The notes beneath the pieces were generated by a model. The model searched no databases. It was not told the origin of the DNA and saw only the letters and a program-made list of their open reading frames with translations. A program made the translations under genes and the position numbers. From contig NW_018406814.1 in the NCBI RefSeq assembly GCF_002113885.1, forward strand, positions 352,987-416,986: a stretch of 64,000 nt of DNA. The letters are read 5' to 3'. Positions 1 through 13,764 of this stretch are shown here, one piece after another (position 1 is the stretch's first letter; the number at the start of each line of letters is the position of its first letter). Origin of the DNA: Mizuhopecten yessoensis (lineage: Eukaryota).

Positions 1-1101
1 AATATCTGCCTTTTTTTTTTTACAGTGTATGAGACTTTTTTAGATTTTTGTACTCTGATATATGTCAATGATTGAATTAAAAAACCTTTTATTAGGTCAG
101 ATCTATTATTATTCTCAGTCTTAATACAAAATCCTCTTTTTTATTTACAAGTTGCAATGTGATTTTAATTATATATGTTATTGTAAATTGTGATATTTTG
201 TAATAACATGCCTATTTTACCTGAATAAATATTATTATTATTATTGTTAGAAACTAGAAAGGAGTAAATGCCGAAAGGCAGAAAACCAACCATATGCAAA
301 CGAGCCCACTCTACCACGCTTTCTCACGTGTGTCATCCGATTTTTCAAGAGGGTAATATTCTTCCGTCTGCCTCAATGGTGAATACATGTTTATGTTGTG
401 TTCATAGTCAGGAAGTTGTCGTTTGATCAGCGGGCATCAATTCGCCAGTTTGTATAAAAACAACATGGATACATGTAAACAGGAAGTATTCGTAACAAAG
501 GGACGTCACTCTAAATAGGTAGGAATAGCTTGTCATACTGTTCTCCGATTCCGACCCGAGCTCGTACCGAGTCCGACTTATGATCTAGAGTCAAATTGTT
601 AATTGGAAATAGATACGAAATAATGCAGCACATCAATGGTGGATTTTATTTTATACGTTCTCTTTTCTTAAAAGACGAGCCAGTTTAAGAGACTTAAACG
701 TAAAGGCCTATTCTTCACGAGACATTTAAGATTATTTGTCATGGTTGGGGACAGGTCGTGCTGAGGGAAGTTTTCGAGTTTTACCACTTTCCTCTTAACT
801 GCTGAACCAAAGGTAGGACAACGTGTTGTTTGTTTCGGTTTTATTTTTTTCTTTATTTTCGAATCATAATGACTACTGATTTGTTGATCATATATCATAG
901 ATCAATTGCATTAAAAGAAATCTTATTTTTGGTGCGACCTTTTAGGTGGAAATGTGTAAATTAGTCTACTTTCATTTTATCAGTATACTGTACTGTGCAG
1001 TAGTCTGCCTCGGATCTCAGGAAATATGACTTGCGTTGGCAACATTTGTTAATGCTCGACAGCCATCCTATTTGTAAAGTTTGATATATAACAAAACACG
1101 C

Positions 1102-3370
1102 TAGGGGGGCTGTCACCCCCTATTTGTTGAAAAAAACCCGATATTAAATAGGTCAAAAGGTCATTAGGTGCATTTTAACCGTTTTATGGAAATATTCGAA
1201 CATTGTTCCCATTTATCAGTTTCAAACCTCACAAAAAATATTGTTAACACCAACACTTTGTTTTGCTGGAATGATAACATGCAAAAGAGGTGACATAAAA
1301 CTTTTATTTCAACAAAAAAGTAAAGTTATTGGTTATTGTAGCACTGAATTGCGCAATAGAAGGGACTGATCCGAACACAAGTGAATACATCAAATAATTA
1401 AATGTAAAGGTTCGACCTAAAACACCTCTATCCACATCTATATAACACATACTTCAACATATACAACCAAAGATCCTCATTGATGCGATATTTGTTTTAT
1501 ATATGTACGGCTAATCACAAAAAATAATATCAGCTAACTATGGAATTCCCCAATATTTAGTCATCTTCATTCCCAACAGGATTGGCACATCCTGATGCCT
1601 CCCATTTACATTCAAACATGCAAATCTGACCAGACTTATAACATTTGCATCTTGATGTGCTGCATTTTGTAGTGCATCCACAATGAGTGCAACCAACTGC
1701 AAACAGGAGACAGGTACCGAGGGTTTGCTCATCCAAACTGGTTTCAGTACACACGACTCTATAACCCAACAGCCTATATTTGTTGGATTCTCTGGCTCGA
1801 AATCTGCATCAGCTGCTTTTATCCAGATCATTGCTTGATAAGCTGCTCTCTTAACGTGTAACGCGAATGCATATTTAGTTGGCGGAAGCAGCTCTAAAGA
1901 CTTCCTGGCTTTTAAGAATAGTCGGTATCGGCAGATATCTACTTGATTTCGCGTTGACATCACCTGTGCAGCCTCCCCCAGTTACTTGTGTTGACCCAGG
2001 TGGCAATGTTTCAGCACGCTGTAATAGCTCATTGGAAAGAAATCCTGCAAGATCGGATTTGTTTTTATCCAGGGTAATGAACTGCTCCCATACCTGAGGA
2101 AGGGGTACTTCTGGGCCGGTAATAAGTTTTCGTATAGGGCATCGCTTTCCAGACCGCTTGCTTCGAGTTGCATTCTTGATGGAGTTGCCACCATAATACC
2201 GGTCAAATGTTACATCAACGCGCGTAGTCTTGTCATTGAAATGTTTGAATACTGACTGCAAAAACACTTGTGCATAGTCACCAAATGTTTGACACTTTGG
2301 GGGTTTACTAAGTGCTTGGACTAACGCATGCCCATCAATTACCACGCAGGTTGCTTTGTCGGAGGGAGGTAGTTCCTGTGGTGTTTCAATACCTAAATCC
2401 GCTGTCAAAACATTGAGAATTTGCGACTTTGTTGTGGTATTCATGTTTCCACTCGCGTTGGCCAAAGAGAGAGGAACAGGCGCCAGTTCATGTTGTAACA
2501 CTTCAGCAGTTTAGACAGATCGTCCCGAGTTTGCGGCATTGAAAAGCCGCTGTAGCAACTTCCTGTCGGCCCTTATTAGCTTCGTCATTTTCTGCCTATC
2601 CTGTGTAGTTTTTTTGTACAAATCAGAGAATGTCTTTGATTTGACCCTTTTAATTGGTGCGAAAAATTCCACCGTTTTCTCCTTCAGTCGGTCAACTGCA
2701 AATTCTTCAACTAATTGTCCACCCTTCTTTTCACAAGTCAACAGATCGGAAGTGATTTCGTCTGAAGCAATGTCTTTTGTTGCTACAGATACCAGTTTTG
2801 TTTCATCATTAGATTCGTTTGGTGTTCGGGAGTTTGTTGTTAGACCAAAGACATCAAGAGAAGCAATAACTTTCATTTGCTCTTTAACAAGATTTTCTTC
2901 AACGTTGATACGCGTAGGTTGAAGCTTTAGCTTATTGTCATTCGTCTCTTCTTCATCATCGAGTAGTCCAAAGAAATATTATATAGAATGAATCGAAAGA
3001 CATACCTGTTCATGGCAAATACCCATATAAATCGCATGTAAACATGCCCTGCACTTTTGGTAAATATAATGGTAAATGGCTAATTTGGATGTAAGGGAGG
3101 TAACTGTCGATAAATACGTCTCTAGCTCACACTAAGTGTGCTTGATTTATATCTTATATATAAATAATAATTTTGTTTTGAGATGTGCTATGTTTCTTTA
3201 TAGATCGAGTAATGTAAAAACACACAGTAAAAGGGTTCAGATTGAAAAATCAACCCTATGTGGTTATTATAGCAAAAATAAAGAACAAATGCACCTGTTG
3301 ACCTTTGACCTCATTTTTTAGCCTTATTTCAGCATTTAAAAGGCGACAGTCAGTCTGAATGATACACCTA
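1102..3370 (-). mobile_element. Academ (AcademX-type) DNA transposon, internally deleted and non-autonomous
   Basis: Ends read TAG(1102)...CTA(3370). The imperfect TIRs share ctgtc(a/g)cc, tg(t/c)tgaaa and aggtcaaa(a)ggtca..aggtgca blocks. Minus-strand ORF pieces encode an XPG/PIN-like nuclease (ELAPVPLSL, VVIDGHAL, RVDVTFDRY, SIKxxTRxKR), LPPT..LHVKRAAYQAMIW and a Cys-rich C-terminus (CGCTTKCSTSRCKC..C.C..C.N), as in the Academ protein. No TSD seen. Confidence 0.75.
1538..2970 (-). pseudogene. Disrupted Academ transposase C-terminal half (XPG-like domain plus Cys8 finger)
   Basis: Split over ORFs 2511-2876, 1875-2501, 1538-1963 and 1557-1769 by a stop and frameshifts. The central EEAD/GCD part of the XPG domain and the N-terminal DDE domain are absent. 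Confidence 0.75.
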
Positions 3371-4179
3371 GATATCATACAAGTCATTGGTGGTAAAAGT
3401 TTTGCATTAACAAATTTTGCCAACAGAACCATTTTCCAGGCCTCTTTTCTGAGATCCGAGGCAGACTACAGCAGTACAATTGGTATTTCCAATGCTGTGT
3501 ACTAATACAGTACACATTGTGCTGTTGATTTTGACCATAATAAACATACCAGAATGTGTTTTGTATGATTCCCTTTACACATGAAAATAATGCCAACATA
3601 CCTGTAATGATGAAATCAAATACAGTAACATGCTTCACGTTATGGCTACTGTGCAATTTAGTGTAATATAAACGTCTTTATCAGTTGAACAATCACATTT
3701 TATGAAACTAATGCATTGTTATAAGATGTATTTACGCATAAAATTTGACTTTAGATGTAAACACATTATTGCATGATGAAAATAGTAATTTTATATAGTT
3801 ATTTTGATATTTTATCATATCTCAGGGGAGATAACTTGTTCCATATTTTTACTTATAATCTCATAAGGTGTAAAACATAACATATTTCAAATTTTCAAAA
3901 AAACACCAAGTTAAGTATCTTGAAACTAATGCACAATTTCAAACAATTATGATAAAGTAAGTGGTACCGTTTAGGCATTTATCATTTTGCCTTCCAGTGT
4001 GAATTCATGAGATCATTATAAAACCTGTCACATATCTGTACAATGATTGGTATAGCATGTTACATGAACATGTACTTATAAAAAATGCAATTTTGTTTCT
4101 CTGAATTTTATCTGATCATATGATAATACACATATGTTTTAGCTATGAGATGGTTACTGTTTGAAGAAGGCCTTTATAA

Positions 4180-7100
4180 ATGGGATCTGTTCTAAATGGT
4201 CTTTGGAATACAACCCAGTTAGATCAATACCAGTGTCAGGAAAGGAAGGTACACTCTGGAGGAATTAAAATATTAGCTGACCACCAGTTAGGGTCATCTG
4301 TAGATGGTGACCAGTTTCTAAATTTAGCTGGAAGTGGTAGTAATTTTACTGGCATTGTCTCTGATGATAATAATCACACATGTTCAACTGAAAGATATGA
4401 TTTCAATATGACAGACAGCTGTCAAACTATCCCACAGACTATCTGCGGAACAGACAATAAAAATGGAGATGAAAGCAAAACTGATACAATGACAACACCA
4501 ATGTGCGAAGATGAGAACAGACTAGGCGGCCCTGTATTTGATCCACCTCTCTATCAACAGAGATACAGTTTTGTGGCAGACAAACTCAACTCTCTAAATG
4601 TACAAAGCGTAAGTGAAACAGATACCTTTTTTGTCCATTGCCTGTATTATGAAACCATATTTTTAAGCTTATAATAATCACACATGTTGGCCAGGATGGA
4701 AGCCTTCAAGTAGTCTTAATGTAGGAGGGAACTAGAATACCCAGAGGAAACCCACAATGTCAGGAAGGTGACCCAATACCTTCACATTCAATCTAGGATT
4801 AAAACCTTGGATGTCTTGTTGAATATCATCCTTTCAGGATTGAATTTAAAGATGTATGTAACTTTACTATAAATAATTGCACCTCCATTTAAAAAGAGTT
4901 CCACACAAATAAAAAAACACGTTAATTTGAAAGTAATATTCATAAATTCATGACATCAGTAGCTCTTGGCAGTGTGTTATCAAAGTTATTATAGGATAGT
5001 TTGAATGTTTCACTTCTTGAAGCTGGCATCTTAATTTTGTTTCTTTTATTGATAAAAATGCTATTATTCACTAGTTTGTTCCAGCTTTTGAGTAAAGTTG
5101 TGTTTTCTTTGTCCAGGTTGTAGATTTTGGATGCGCAGAATGTCAACTCTCCAGATTTTTGGCTGACATTCCATCTGTCCAGCGGATTGCTATGGTAGAC
5201 ATGGACAGACCGTTGCTTCAAGCACATAAGTACAACATAAAACCAGCCGTTTACCACTTCTTAGACAAACGAAAACATCCACTGACCATACAGATATACC
5301 ACGGTGATGCTACAGTATTGGACACGAGGATTATGGGATACGATGCTGTCAGCATGGTAGAGTTGTAAGTCACTTTAGCTCAAACTTTGTAATTACAATA
5401 TCAGTGATCTTGTAAACCTCATTTGTAAGCCAATATATGTCAATCCAATAGCAAAACAAATGAGAATTTATTTTTTGCAAGAGATTAATTTTCATGTTAA
5501 ATCATGACAAGTGTCAGTTACAAATTTAAATATACTGGAATGGATCATTTCTTTCTGGGGAAAGGATTGATTCTGTAAAGGAACTGATTGTGTTTTACGC
5601 TAAAATGATTTTCTTTTTCAGTGTAGAACATTTATATCCAATTGATCTTCAAAAGGTTTGTGATATGGTCTTCCATGAACTCCAACCTCGGATTATCATA
5701 GTGACAACTCCCAACTTTGAATTCAACCAGTTATTCCCAGATGATGGACGGACATTCAGACATTATGACCACAAATTTGAATGGACCAGAAAGGAGTTTC
5801 AGAGTTGGTGAGTAAGAGCTCTGTACCTGTTGGACCCTCTGTTGAACCTGTGCTTTACTTCTGTGTCTTGTTTTGGGGGACATTGCCAATTTATATCTAC
5901 TGAACCTTGATGTTTTCTGTCCTATTCTTTAAAACATAATTTCTACATCATTCCTTTCTTTGTGATCTAACCATTTACCAATTTCAAGTATGAAATTTAC
6001 AGCACAAGTGTTGCTCGATCATAATTTTAAACACTAAGAGGTGTGGTATCTAGTATAGTTAGGTCAGGTAAGTGCTTAGTTTTGAATAAAAGTGAGTCTG
6101 TGCCCTGATGAGACATCCACACTTCTTCAATGCTCAGAGAAATAAATCAGAGAATTTAGAAAGCAATGATTTTAAGTTACAGTTTAGTTGTTTCTACCAT
6201 CAAAATATATAACATGTTAGCATGGCCACACTATCATAAGTAACCATACATATATTGTATTGTATCTAGGGGTAACCAACAAGCTGGTAGCCATGGTTAC
6301 ACTGTCCAGTACACAGGCATAGGGAACCCTCCCCCAGAGAGTAATCACCTGGGCTATTGCTCACAAGCTGCCATTTTTGAAAGGATTAAAGTCGAAAACA
6401 GAGTTCAGCAAAATGAAAAGTGTGCTCAGAGTTATACACAGGTAAGAATGGGTTTGGCACTATTTACCTTTTTGTGTGTTTTAAATATCACTTCACCATC
6501 GGTATCCAAAGTATCAGACAGATTATTTTATTCCACCCTTTTGTATTTATTTCTGCTTATGCATTCACAAAGACCCGAAAAAAGACAGAACAAATTATAT
6601 TTACATTTGCTAACAACTTTTGCGTGCTTTGAGGCAAAGGAACTGGTATAAAGCTTGGATTCCCTTCTGAACAACATCTTGGAAGGACAGTGCTAAGTCT
6701 AAAAAAGGTGTGTTTATTGAACCTGTATTGAAATAGATAAAAATAAATAATGTGAATAAAAGATGAGACAACAGCAGTATGGCATATAATTTACTGGTTC
6801 CCATTTGCTAGATTGCAGAAGCGGTTTATCCTTACAAAAATGAAGAAGATACTATGTCTCCTAGTGAAGCTTTATCCATGGAAGCACGATACAATATAAG
6901 AGAGCTCATCAAGGGAGATAACTACCTAGAACTGGAACCGGACAAGGTTGTCATACGTTTCAGTGAACTGCTGAGATACAGAAATCTGGCCAAGATGTGC
7001 AAAAACAGCATCACTATTCTCAGGTATTTTAAATATTCATGCTCCTAAGAATAAGAGGTCATGGTTTCCAAGATCTTTTTAAACTATCAATCCCTCCGCA

Positions 7101-7976
7101 TTAAAGCGATTTTGGTCTCTGTGGAGTATAACATATAGATAGATCATGGTATTGTCGCCTTCCACATCACAACTTTTAAATACATTTATTCATATGCATT
7201 CTATAATGTTTTAGTAGGCAGTTCCTCTAATACACTAAATATATTATTGAAAATTGTAGGTACATGGTTATTTAACTTTGGAAGTGGAAAGAATATTGGT
7301 TAATAAGGGGAGACAAATGTTTTTGTTCACAAATAAAATCTATTGTTTGGATTGGTTCTGCTTTTTGAGGAAACAAGTTGACCAAGAAGATAGTGAAGAG
7401 ATAGAATCACTCAAAATATAGAAGTTTTACATCAAACTGAAAATAAATGGTTTTCATTTCAGTTACGCGTTTCAGTTAGTGAAATGTAATTTGTGTCATG
7501 ATGATATTCATTGTAGCTATTGAATATATTTCTTAAATCACTTATCCAAAGGCTTTATTTGATGTATGAATCATTTTATAGATCATCAGAATTGCAGTTG
7601 TGATTACATGTCTATGAACTTAGTAAACATGGCTTGTACTTAAAATTCTACAAAATGATGCCACTATGACCAATCCTGTCATAACACCATACTTTTGGTG
7701 GACGTTTGAGTTTTACAAATTCATTCATTGTCTTACATATTTTACTTCAGGGACCATTTTTTGGATCAGAATTTCTCCCTGACAGACGATCAGACAGGAA
7801 TTATTGTGTGTCTAACAGACTACTTTGAAACAGAGAAGTTCGGTGTTGACCTCTATGATGAGAATGAGGATTGGGATTTAGATGAGGGAGATGGGAGTAA
7901 TGAAGTTAAGGAAGTGATGTCATCAAAAAGTGACAATGTCAGTGAAAACAAGCTTCATGAGGAATTCTGGGATTGA
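4180..7976 (+). CDS. HENMT1: Small RNA 2'-O-methyltransferase HEN1 (HENMT1), 6 coding exons, about 490 aa
   Basis: Exons 4180-4608, 5117-5364, 5622-5807, 6270-6441, 6812-7023, 7751-7976; all introns GT-AG with compatible phases; total 1473 nt = 491 codons. Motifs: FDPPLYQQRY, SAM-binding VVDFGCAE, GDAT, EFVEHL, IVTTPNFEFN, FRHYDHKFEWTRKEFQSW, YTGIG..GYCSQAAIF. AATAAA near 8246. The start codon may lie further downstream in exon 1. Confidence 0.95.
4689..4810 (-). mobile_element. tRNA-derived SINE fragment (V-SINE-like) in a HENMT1 intron
   Basis: ggagggaactagaatacccagaggaaacccac resembles the reverse complement of the V-domain core, followed by a degenerate reverse B-box (ggattaaaacc). Confidence 0.5.
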
Positions 7977-8318
7977 TTTATAATAGCAGTATTGAAACTG
8001 TACTATAAACTTGGAATCCAAGGTATTTATATGAAATTGTTTCATTTGTACCACATCAGACCTTGTACATGTATTTGTGATACAAGATCAGTATAAGTGA
8101 TACTAGAAAATGCCTAGTTTTGTTAATGTCACCAAAGACAATGCAACTCTTGTGCTATATTACACAGCTGCATATGAGTGGAGATTTTTTAGAACAGTTT
8201 ATCAGTTGTTGTTGTTTTTGTAGAAACTTATTATTTTGTTTATAAAATAAACGATCTTCTGTTTTGAAAGGAAATATAGAAACAGATGTTATTCTGTGTA
8301 TTCCTCTCGGGTAAGTAT

Positions 8319-8540
8319 TTTAGCTCACCTGGCCAAAACGGCCATTGTCCGTCCTACTGTCTATCTGTGGTTAATTTTTCATTGAATGTACAGAATTACT
8401 GAAGGGTGTTTTAATCATATTTGACATGGAACATCTTTTGGTTTAGGGGATTTAATTCTGTATAAATGAACGATATGGCCCTCTTTGAGGCAGATGGGCT
8501 GGGCTTGAAGCAGAAAATAGGAAATCTTTCAAAGACTACA
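8319..8540 (+). mobile_element. Decayed HINE (Helentron-associated non-autonomous element) fragment
   Basis: Starts tttagctcacctgg with gtccgtcc, like the copy at 11136, followed by one degenerate core unit. Confidence 0.55.
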
Positions 8541-11135
8541 CTTTAAGTATAAATGAAAGTCTGTTCTCTCATTTCTCTCAGAGCCTTAAGCAAATGTTAT
8601 TATTGTAATTGCTTTTTGTCTATAAAAAATCCAAAATGAAAACCATTATCTCATAATGTTGGAAAAAGTTTCAACATTTTTTCCCGCTCAGAAAAAAACT
8701 GAAAAGGTAAACAGTAGACCTGCAGGTCTCTTGTCAGTGTAACAGGCAGGTCTCTTGTCAGTGTGACAGACTATCTGTTTTGTGGTTTTACATGTTGTCT
8801 TTGTTGTTAAGGATCTTTTCTTAAAACTGACATAATTATGTTCATCAATAAAATTGTTTTTGACTTGGTAATTTGGTTGTTGTGATGTTTTCTTATGAAC
8901 ATAAAGGAAAAATGATAAAAAACAACAACTTGTAAAACAATGATATGCAAAGTTCCACACAGTATATATACAAAAAGTGAAGTATAAACTTTGAAAATAG
9001 TACTATCATTTTAGTTTTCTTATTATCTAATTATCTGAACAAAAATTTGGGCTTTAGCACAAAAGGTGAGTTTATGAATACCAGCCCTGCCAGACTCTTG
9101 GTTGATTTTCATTAAAAAGTTCAAGCATTCTTTCCTTTGTGTGGAAGCTTTTCAAGTGATAATGCCATGAGATTACAATTGCTCTAAACAGAACTTCATA
9201 CCTGTAATTTCCCTTACGTTGAACAGACTAAGTACCTGTATTGTATGTAACCTTAGGTTGAACAGTAGGACTAACTACCGGTATTGTATGTAACCTTAGG
9301 TTTTACAGTAGGACTAACTATCTGTATTGTATGTAACCTTAGGTATAACAGTAGGACTTACGTTTAACAGTAGGACTAACTACCTATATTGTATGTAGTA
9401 TGTAACCCTAGGTTTAGCAGTAGGCTTAACTACATGTATTGTATGTAACTTTAGGTTTAGCAGTGGGACTAGCTACCTGTATTGTATGCTTACTACCTGT
9501 ATTGTATATAACCTTAGGTTTAGCAGTAGGAATAACTAACTGTATTGTATGTAACCTTAGGGGCTAAACCTTGAGGTTTAACAGTAGGGCTAACTATCTG
9601 TATTGTATGTTACCTTAGGTTTAGCAGTAGGACTAGCTACCTGTTTTGAATGTAACCTTAGGTTTAGCAGTAGGGCTAACTACCTGAATTGTATGTAACC
9701 TTATGTTTAGCAGTAGGACTAACTACCTGAATTGTATATAACCTTAGGTTTAGCAGTAGGACTAGCTACCTGTTTTGAATGTAACCTTAGGTTTAGCAGT
9801 AGGAATAACTAACTGTATTGTATGTAACCTTAGGTTGAACAGTAGGACTAACTACCGGTATTATATGTAACCTTAGGTTTTACGGTAGGACTAACTATCT
9901 GTATTGCATGTAACCTTAGGTTTAACAGTAAGGCTAACTACCTGTATTGTATGTACCCTTAGGTTTAACAGTAGGACTAACTTCCTGTATTGTATGTAAC
10001 CTTAGGTTAAACAGTAGGACTAACTACCGGTATTGTATGTATCCTTAGGTTTTACAGTAGGACTAACTATCTGTATTGCATGTAACCTTAGGTTTAACAG
10101 TAAGGCTAACTACCTGCATTGTATGTAACCTTAGGTATAACAGTAGGACTTACGTTTAACAGTAGGACTAACTACATGAATTGTATGTAACCTTAGGTTT
10201 ATCAGTAGGACTTACTACCTGTGCTGTATGTAACCTTAGGTTTAACAGTAGGACTTACTACCTTTATTGTATGTAACCTTAGGTATAACAGTAGGTCTAA
10301 CTACCGGTATTGTATGTAACCTTAGGTTTAACAGTAGGAATAACTACCTGTATTGTATGTAACCCTAGGTTTAGCAGTAGGCTTAACTACATGTATTGTA
10401 TGTAACTTTAGGTTTAGCAGTGGGACTAACTACCTGTATTGTATGTAACCTTACGTTTAACAGTAGGACTAACTACCTGTATTGTATGTAACCCTAGGTT
10501 TAACAGCAGGCTTAATTACCTGTATTGTATATGTAACCTTGAGGTTGAACAGTAGGGCTAACTACCTTTATTGTATGTAACCTTAGGTTTAACAGTTGGG
10601 CTAACTACCTGTGCTGTATGTAACCTTAGGTTGAACAGTAGGACTTACTACCTGTATTGTATGTAACCTTAGGTTTAACAGTAGGACTTACTACCTGCAT
10701 TGTATGTAACCTTAGGTTTAACAGTAGGACTAACTACATGTATTGTATGTAACCTTAGGTATAACAGTAGGACTAACTACCTGTATTGTATGTAACCCTA
10801 GGTTTAACAGCAGGCTTAATTACCTGTATTGTATATGTAACCTTGAGGTTTAACAGTAGGGCTAACTATCTGTATTGTATGTAACATTAGGTTTAACAGT
10901 AGGACTTACTACCTGCATTGTATGTAACCTTAGGTTTAACAGTAGGACTAACTACCTGTATTGTATGTAACCTTGGACTTAGCAGTAGGACTAGCTACCT
11001 GTATTGTATGTAACCGTAGATTTAACAGAAGGACTTACTACCTGTATTGTATGTAACCGTAGATTTAACAGTAGGACTTACTACCTGTGCTGTATGTAAC
11101 CGTAGATTTAACAGTAGGACTAACTACCTGTATTG

Positions 11136-12420
11136 TTAGCTCACCTGGTCCAAAGGACCAAGGTGAGCTTATGCCATACCGTGGCATCCGTCGTCCGTCC
11201 GTCCGTCGACCGTCATCCGTCCGTCAACAATTTCTTTAAACGACTTCTTCTTAACCACTGATTGGAATTTAACTAAATTTGACTGGAAGCATCCCTAAGT
11301 GGTGGGGATTCAAAATTGTACAAATGGTGTGGCTGACCCCCCAGGGGGCTGAGGGGCGGGGCCAAAAGGGGGCAATTTGGCTAAACTGCTTTAAGCGACT
11401 TCCTCTCTGGAACCAAGCGATGGATATCAACTATATTAGACTGGAAGCATCCCTAGGTGGTGGAGATTCAAAATTGTACAAATGGTTGGGCTGACCCCCC
11501 AGGGGGCTGAAAGGCGGGGCCAAAAAGGGTAATTTGGCTATATTACTACAAACGACTTCTTCTGTAGAACTATTTACTGGATATCGATCATATTTAATCA
11601 AAAGTATTAATGGGATGCAGGGATTCAAAATTGTACAAATTGTGGGGATGACTCCCCAGGGGGCTGAGGGGCGGGACCAAAAAGGGTTATTTGGCTATAT
11701 TGCCTTAAGTGACTTCTTCTCTGGAACTAAGTGATGGATATCAACCATATTAGACTGGAAGCATCCCTAGGTGGTGGGGATTCAAAATTGTACAAATGGT
11801 GTGGCTGACCCCCCAGGGGGCTGAGGGGCGGGGCCAAAAAGGGGTAATTTGGCTATATTTCTACAAACGACTTCTTCTGTAGAACTATGCACTGGATATC
11901 AATCATATTAAATCAAAAGTATTCATAGGATGCAGGGATTCAAAATTGTACAAATGGTGGGGCTGACCCCCAGAGGGCTGAGGGCGGGGCCAAAAGGGGG
12001 CAATTTGGCTAAACTGCTTTAAGCGACTTCCTCTCTGGAACCAAGCGATGGATATCAACTATATTAGACTGGAAGCATCCCTAGGTGGTGGGGATTCAAA
12101 ATTGTACAAATGGTGGGGCTGACCTCCCAGGGGGCTGAGGGGCGGGGCCAAAAATGGGTAATTTGGCTATATTTCTACAAACGACTTCTTCTGTAGAACT
12201 ATGCACTGGATATCAATCATATTAAATCAAAAGTATTCATAGGATGCAGGGACTCAAAATTGTACAAATGGTGGGGCTGACCCCCCCCCCCCCCCCCCCC
12301 CCCCCCAGGGGGCTGAGGGGCGGGGCCAAAAAGGGGTAATTTGGCTATATTTCTACAAACGACTTCTTCTGGAGAACTATGCACTGGATATCAATCATAT
12401 TAAATCAAAAGTATTCATAG
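11136..12420 (+). mobile_element. HINE/Helentron-type element: 5' end plus about 8 core repeats of ~157 bp, 3' end missing
   Basis: ttagctcacctgg...ggtgagc 5' inverted repeat at a TT site, (gtcc)n microsatellite, then tandem units (caaaattgta at 11311, 11469, 11626, 11783, 11941, 12097, 12255) of two subtypes. Confidence 0.8.
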
Positions 12421-13016
12421 ACCTTAGGTTTAACAGTAGGACTAACTATCTGTATTGTATGTAACCTTAGGTTTTACAGTAAGTCTAACTGCCTGTATTG
12501 TATGTTACCTTAGGTATAACAGTAGGAGTAACTACCTGTATTGTATGTAACCTAAGGGATAACAGTAGGACTAACTATCTGTATTGTATGTAACCTTAGG
12601 TATAACAGGAGGACTAACTACATCTATTGTATGTAACCTTAGGTTTAACAGTAAGGCTAACTACCTGCATTGTATGTAACCTTAGGTATAACAGGAGGAC
12701 TAACTACATCTATTGTATGTAACCTTAGGTTTAACAGTTGGACTAACTACCTGTATTGTATGTAAGCTTAGGTTTAGCAGTAGGACTAACTACCTGTATT
12801 GTATGTTACCTTTGGTATAACAGTAGGAATAACTACCTGTACTGTATCTAACCTTAGGTTTAACAGTAGGACTAACTACCTGTATTGTATGTAAGCTTAG
12901 GTTTAGCAGTAGGACTAACTATCTGTACTGTATGTTACCTTAGGTTTAACAGTAGGACTAACTATCTGTACTGTATGTTACCTTAGGTTTAACAGTAAGG
13001 CTAACTACCTGCATTG

Positions 13017-13764
13017 GGCTAAACTGCTTTAAGCGACTTCCTCTCTCGAACCAAGCGATGGATATCAACTATATTAGACTGGAAGCATCCCTAGGTGGTG
13101 GGGATTCAAAATTGTACAAATGGTGTGGCTGACCCCCCAGGGGGCTGAGGGGCGGGGCCAAAAAGGGGTAATTTGGCTATATTTCTACAAACGACTTCTT
13201 CTGTAGAACTATGCACTGGATATCAATCTTATTAAATCAAAAGTATTCATAGGATGTAGGGATTCAAAATTGTACAAATGGTGGGGCTGACCTCCCAGGG
13301 GGCTGAGGGGCGGGGCCAAAAATGGGTAATTTGGCTATATTTCTACAAACGACTTCTTCTGTAGAACTATGCACTGGATATCAATCTTATTAAATCAAAA
13401 GTATTCATAGGATGCAGGGACTCAAAATTGTACAAATGGTGGGGCTGACCCCCCCCCCCCCCCCCCCCCCCCCAGGGGGCTGAGGGGCGGGGCCAAAAAT
13501 GGGTAATTTGGCTATATTTCTACAAACGACTTTTTCTGTAGAACTATGCACTGGATATCAATCATATTAAATCAAAAGTATTCATAGGATGCAGGGACTC
13601 AAAATTGTACAAATGGTGGGGCTGACCCCCCCCCCCCCCCCCCCCCCCCCAGGGGGCTGAGGGGCGGGGCCAAAAAGGGGTAATTTGGCTATATTTCTAC
13701 AAACGACTTTTTCTGTAGAACTATGCACTGGATATCAATCATATTAAATCAAAAGTATTCATAG
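13017..13764 (+). repeat. Second block of the same 157-bp HINE core repeats, without termini
   Basis: Near-identical to the units in 12000-12420, including the expanded poly-C tracts. Confidence 0.85.

Noticed and set aside
6095-6145. CTGATGAG hammerhead-like motif in HENMT1 intron 3
   Set aside because: No stem II closing directly onto GAAA and no convincing stems I or III.
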